A stretch of DNA of 64,000 nt from Escherichia coli. Its GTDB lineage: Bacteria; Pseudomonadota; Gammaproteobacteria; Enterobacterales; Enterobacteriaceae. Of the stretch, positions 62,753 to 64,000 are shown one piece after another. The position numbers were made by a program, and so were the translations under genes. The stretch's first letter is position 1, and the number at the start of each line of letters is the position of its first letter. Under the pieces are notes generated by a model. It was not told the origin of the DNA. It did not search any database and was given only the letters and a program-made list of their open reading frames with translations. The stretch lies in NCBI RefSeq assembly GCF_003334405.1, contig NZ_QOWM01000002.1. The stretch is one strand, 5' to 3'.

Positions 62753-63487
62753 ATGTCCAAACTCGATCTAAACGCCCTGAACGAACTGCCGAAGGTAGAT
62801 CGCATTCTGGCGCTGGCGGAAACTAACGCCCAACTGGAAAAACTGGACGCTGAAGGCCGCGTAGCCTGGGCGCTGGATAATCTGCCCGGTGAATATGTGC
62901 TTTCTTCCAGCTTCGGCATTCAGGCGGCGGTGAGCCTGCATCTGGTGAATCAGATTCGGCCGGATATTCCAGTGATCCTCACCGATACCGGTTATCTGTT
63001 TCCGGAAACCTACCGCTTTATTGACGAGTTAACGGACAAACTCAAGCTCAACCTGAAAGTGTACCGTGCTACCGAAAGCGCCGCCTGGCAGGAAGCACGC
63101 TACGGCAAACTGTGGGAACAGGGCGTTGAAGGCATTGAAAAGTACAATGACATCAACAAAGTCGAACCGATGAACCGGGCGCTGAAAGAACTTAACGCGC
63201 AAACCTGGTTTGCTGGCCTGCGCCGCGAACAATCCGGCAGCCGCGCCAATTTACCGGTGCTGGCAATTCAGCGTGGCGTATTTAAAGTGCTGCCGATTAT
63301 CGACTGGGATAACCGAACTATTTATCAGTACCTGCAAAAACATGGCCTGAAATATCACCCATTATGGGATGAAGGATATTTATCGGTCGGTGATACCCAT
63401 ACAACCCGTAAATGGGAACCTGGCATGTCGGAAGAAGAAACACGTTTCTTTGGCTTAAAAAGGGAATGTGGATTGCACGAAGGGTAA
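62753..63487 (+). CDS. cysH: Phosphoadenosine phosphosulfate (PAPS) reductase
   Basis: ORF 62600..63487. Start placed at [42 protein letters not shown], giving 244 aa, with a C-terminal ECGLH motif. Confidence 0.92.
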   Translation: MSKLDLNALNELPKVDRILALAETNAQLEKLDAEGRVAWALDNLPGEYVLSSSFGIQAAVSLHLVNQIRPDIPVILTDTGYLFPETYRFIDELTDKLKLNLKVYRATESAAWQEARYGKLWEQGVEGIEKYNDINKVEPMNRALKELNAQTWFAGLRREQSGSRANLPVLAIQRGVFKVLPIIDWDNRTIYQYLQKHGLKYHPLWDEGYLSVGDTHTTRKWEPGMSEEETRFFGLKRECGLHEG

Positions 63488-63751
63488 ATATTGCCGGATA
63501 AATTAAACGCCTCTGTCAGAAATGATGGGGGCGTTTTTATTTTGCGAGCAGTATTCCTGATTTTAAACGTGAACGCCGCTGGAAGAATTATCAGGTATAG
63601 AATGGCGTCGGGTGCTTGAGGCTGTCTGGCGTTAAGCATTCGCGAGGTTCCAGATGGACAAAAGCCCCAGGCGATATTTCTATCAACCTGAGGCTTACGT
63701 TCGAACCCAAACAATTCGAATGTTAGTCTCTTCTTTGCAGGGAGGCAAGAC

Positions 63752-63904
63752 ATGCTGACAAAATATGCCCTTGTGGCAATCATAGTGCTGTGTTTTACAG
63801 TACTGGGATTCACGCTGATGGTAGGCGACTCGTTGTGTGAGTTGAGTATCAGAGAACGTGGTATGGAGTTTAAGGCAGTTCTCGCTTACGAATCGAAGAA
63901 GTAG
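63752..63904 (+). CDS. Hok/Gef-family type I toxin (50 aa), HokE-like
   Basis: Not in the ORF track because it is under 60 aa. I translated it by hand: [51 protein letters not shown] ggagg SD sits 7-11 nt upstream. It has one transmembrane helix and the conserved SLCE...R and AYES motifs of the Hok family. Confidence 0.7.
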   Translation: MLTKYALVAIIVLCFTVLGFTLMVGDSLCELSIRERGMEFKAVLAYESKK

Positions 63905-64000
63905 CCACCACGCGGGGGTAAAACCCATAAGCGCTAACTTAAGGGTTGAACCATCTGAAGAATGCGACGCCTCGGTGCCTCGTTAAGACGATGCCTCGCG

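Overview
This window reads as an Escherichia coli chromosomal segment: mostly conserved core genes, with one small accessory patch near the right end. Gene identities below come from my recognition of the translated ORFs and RNA sequences, not from any database search. Left to right: recC (3' part), ptrA, recB, recD, argA, amiC, one initiator tRNA-fMet, mltA, tcdA, csdE/csdA, ygdI, gcvB sRNA, gcvA, ygdD, rlmM, the fucose regulon (fucR-fucU-fucK-fucI-fucP divergent from fucA-fucO), xni, sdaB/sdaC, ppnN, queF, syd, csrB sRNA, yqcC-truC-yqcA, gudP-gudX-gudD, barA, rlmD, relA, mazE-mazF-mazG, pyrG, eno, ygcG, queE, a type I-E CRISPR array, a hybrid ORF, queD, cysJ-cysI-cysH and a Hok-family toxin ORF. 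I found no undescribed multi-gene system. The points worth a second look are: (1) the CRISPR array (5 repeats, 4 spacers) plus a degenerate remnant, with no cas genes in the window; (2) a 418-aa ORF that looks like an in-frame deletion fusion of an FAD-oxidoreductase N-terminus to an FGGY-kinase C-terminus; (3) a 50-aa Hok-like toxin ORF at 63752..63904 that is below the ORF-track size cut-off; (4) a single tRNA-fMet where I expect a tandem triplet in K-12; (5) a REP pair flanked by 21-bp direct repeats. No IS elements, integrases or phage genes were seen.
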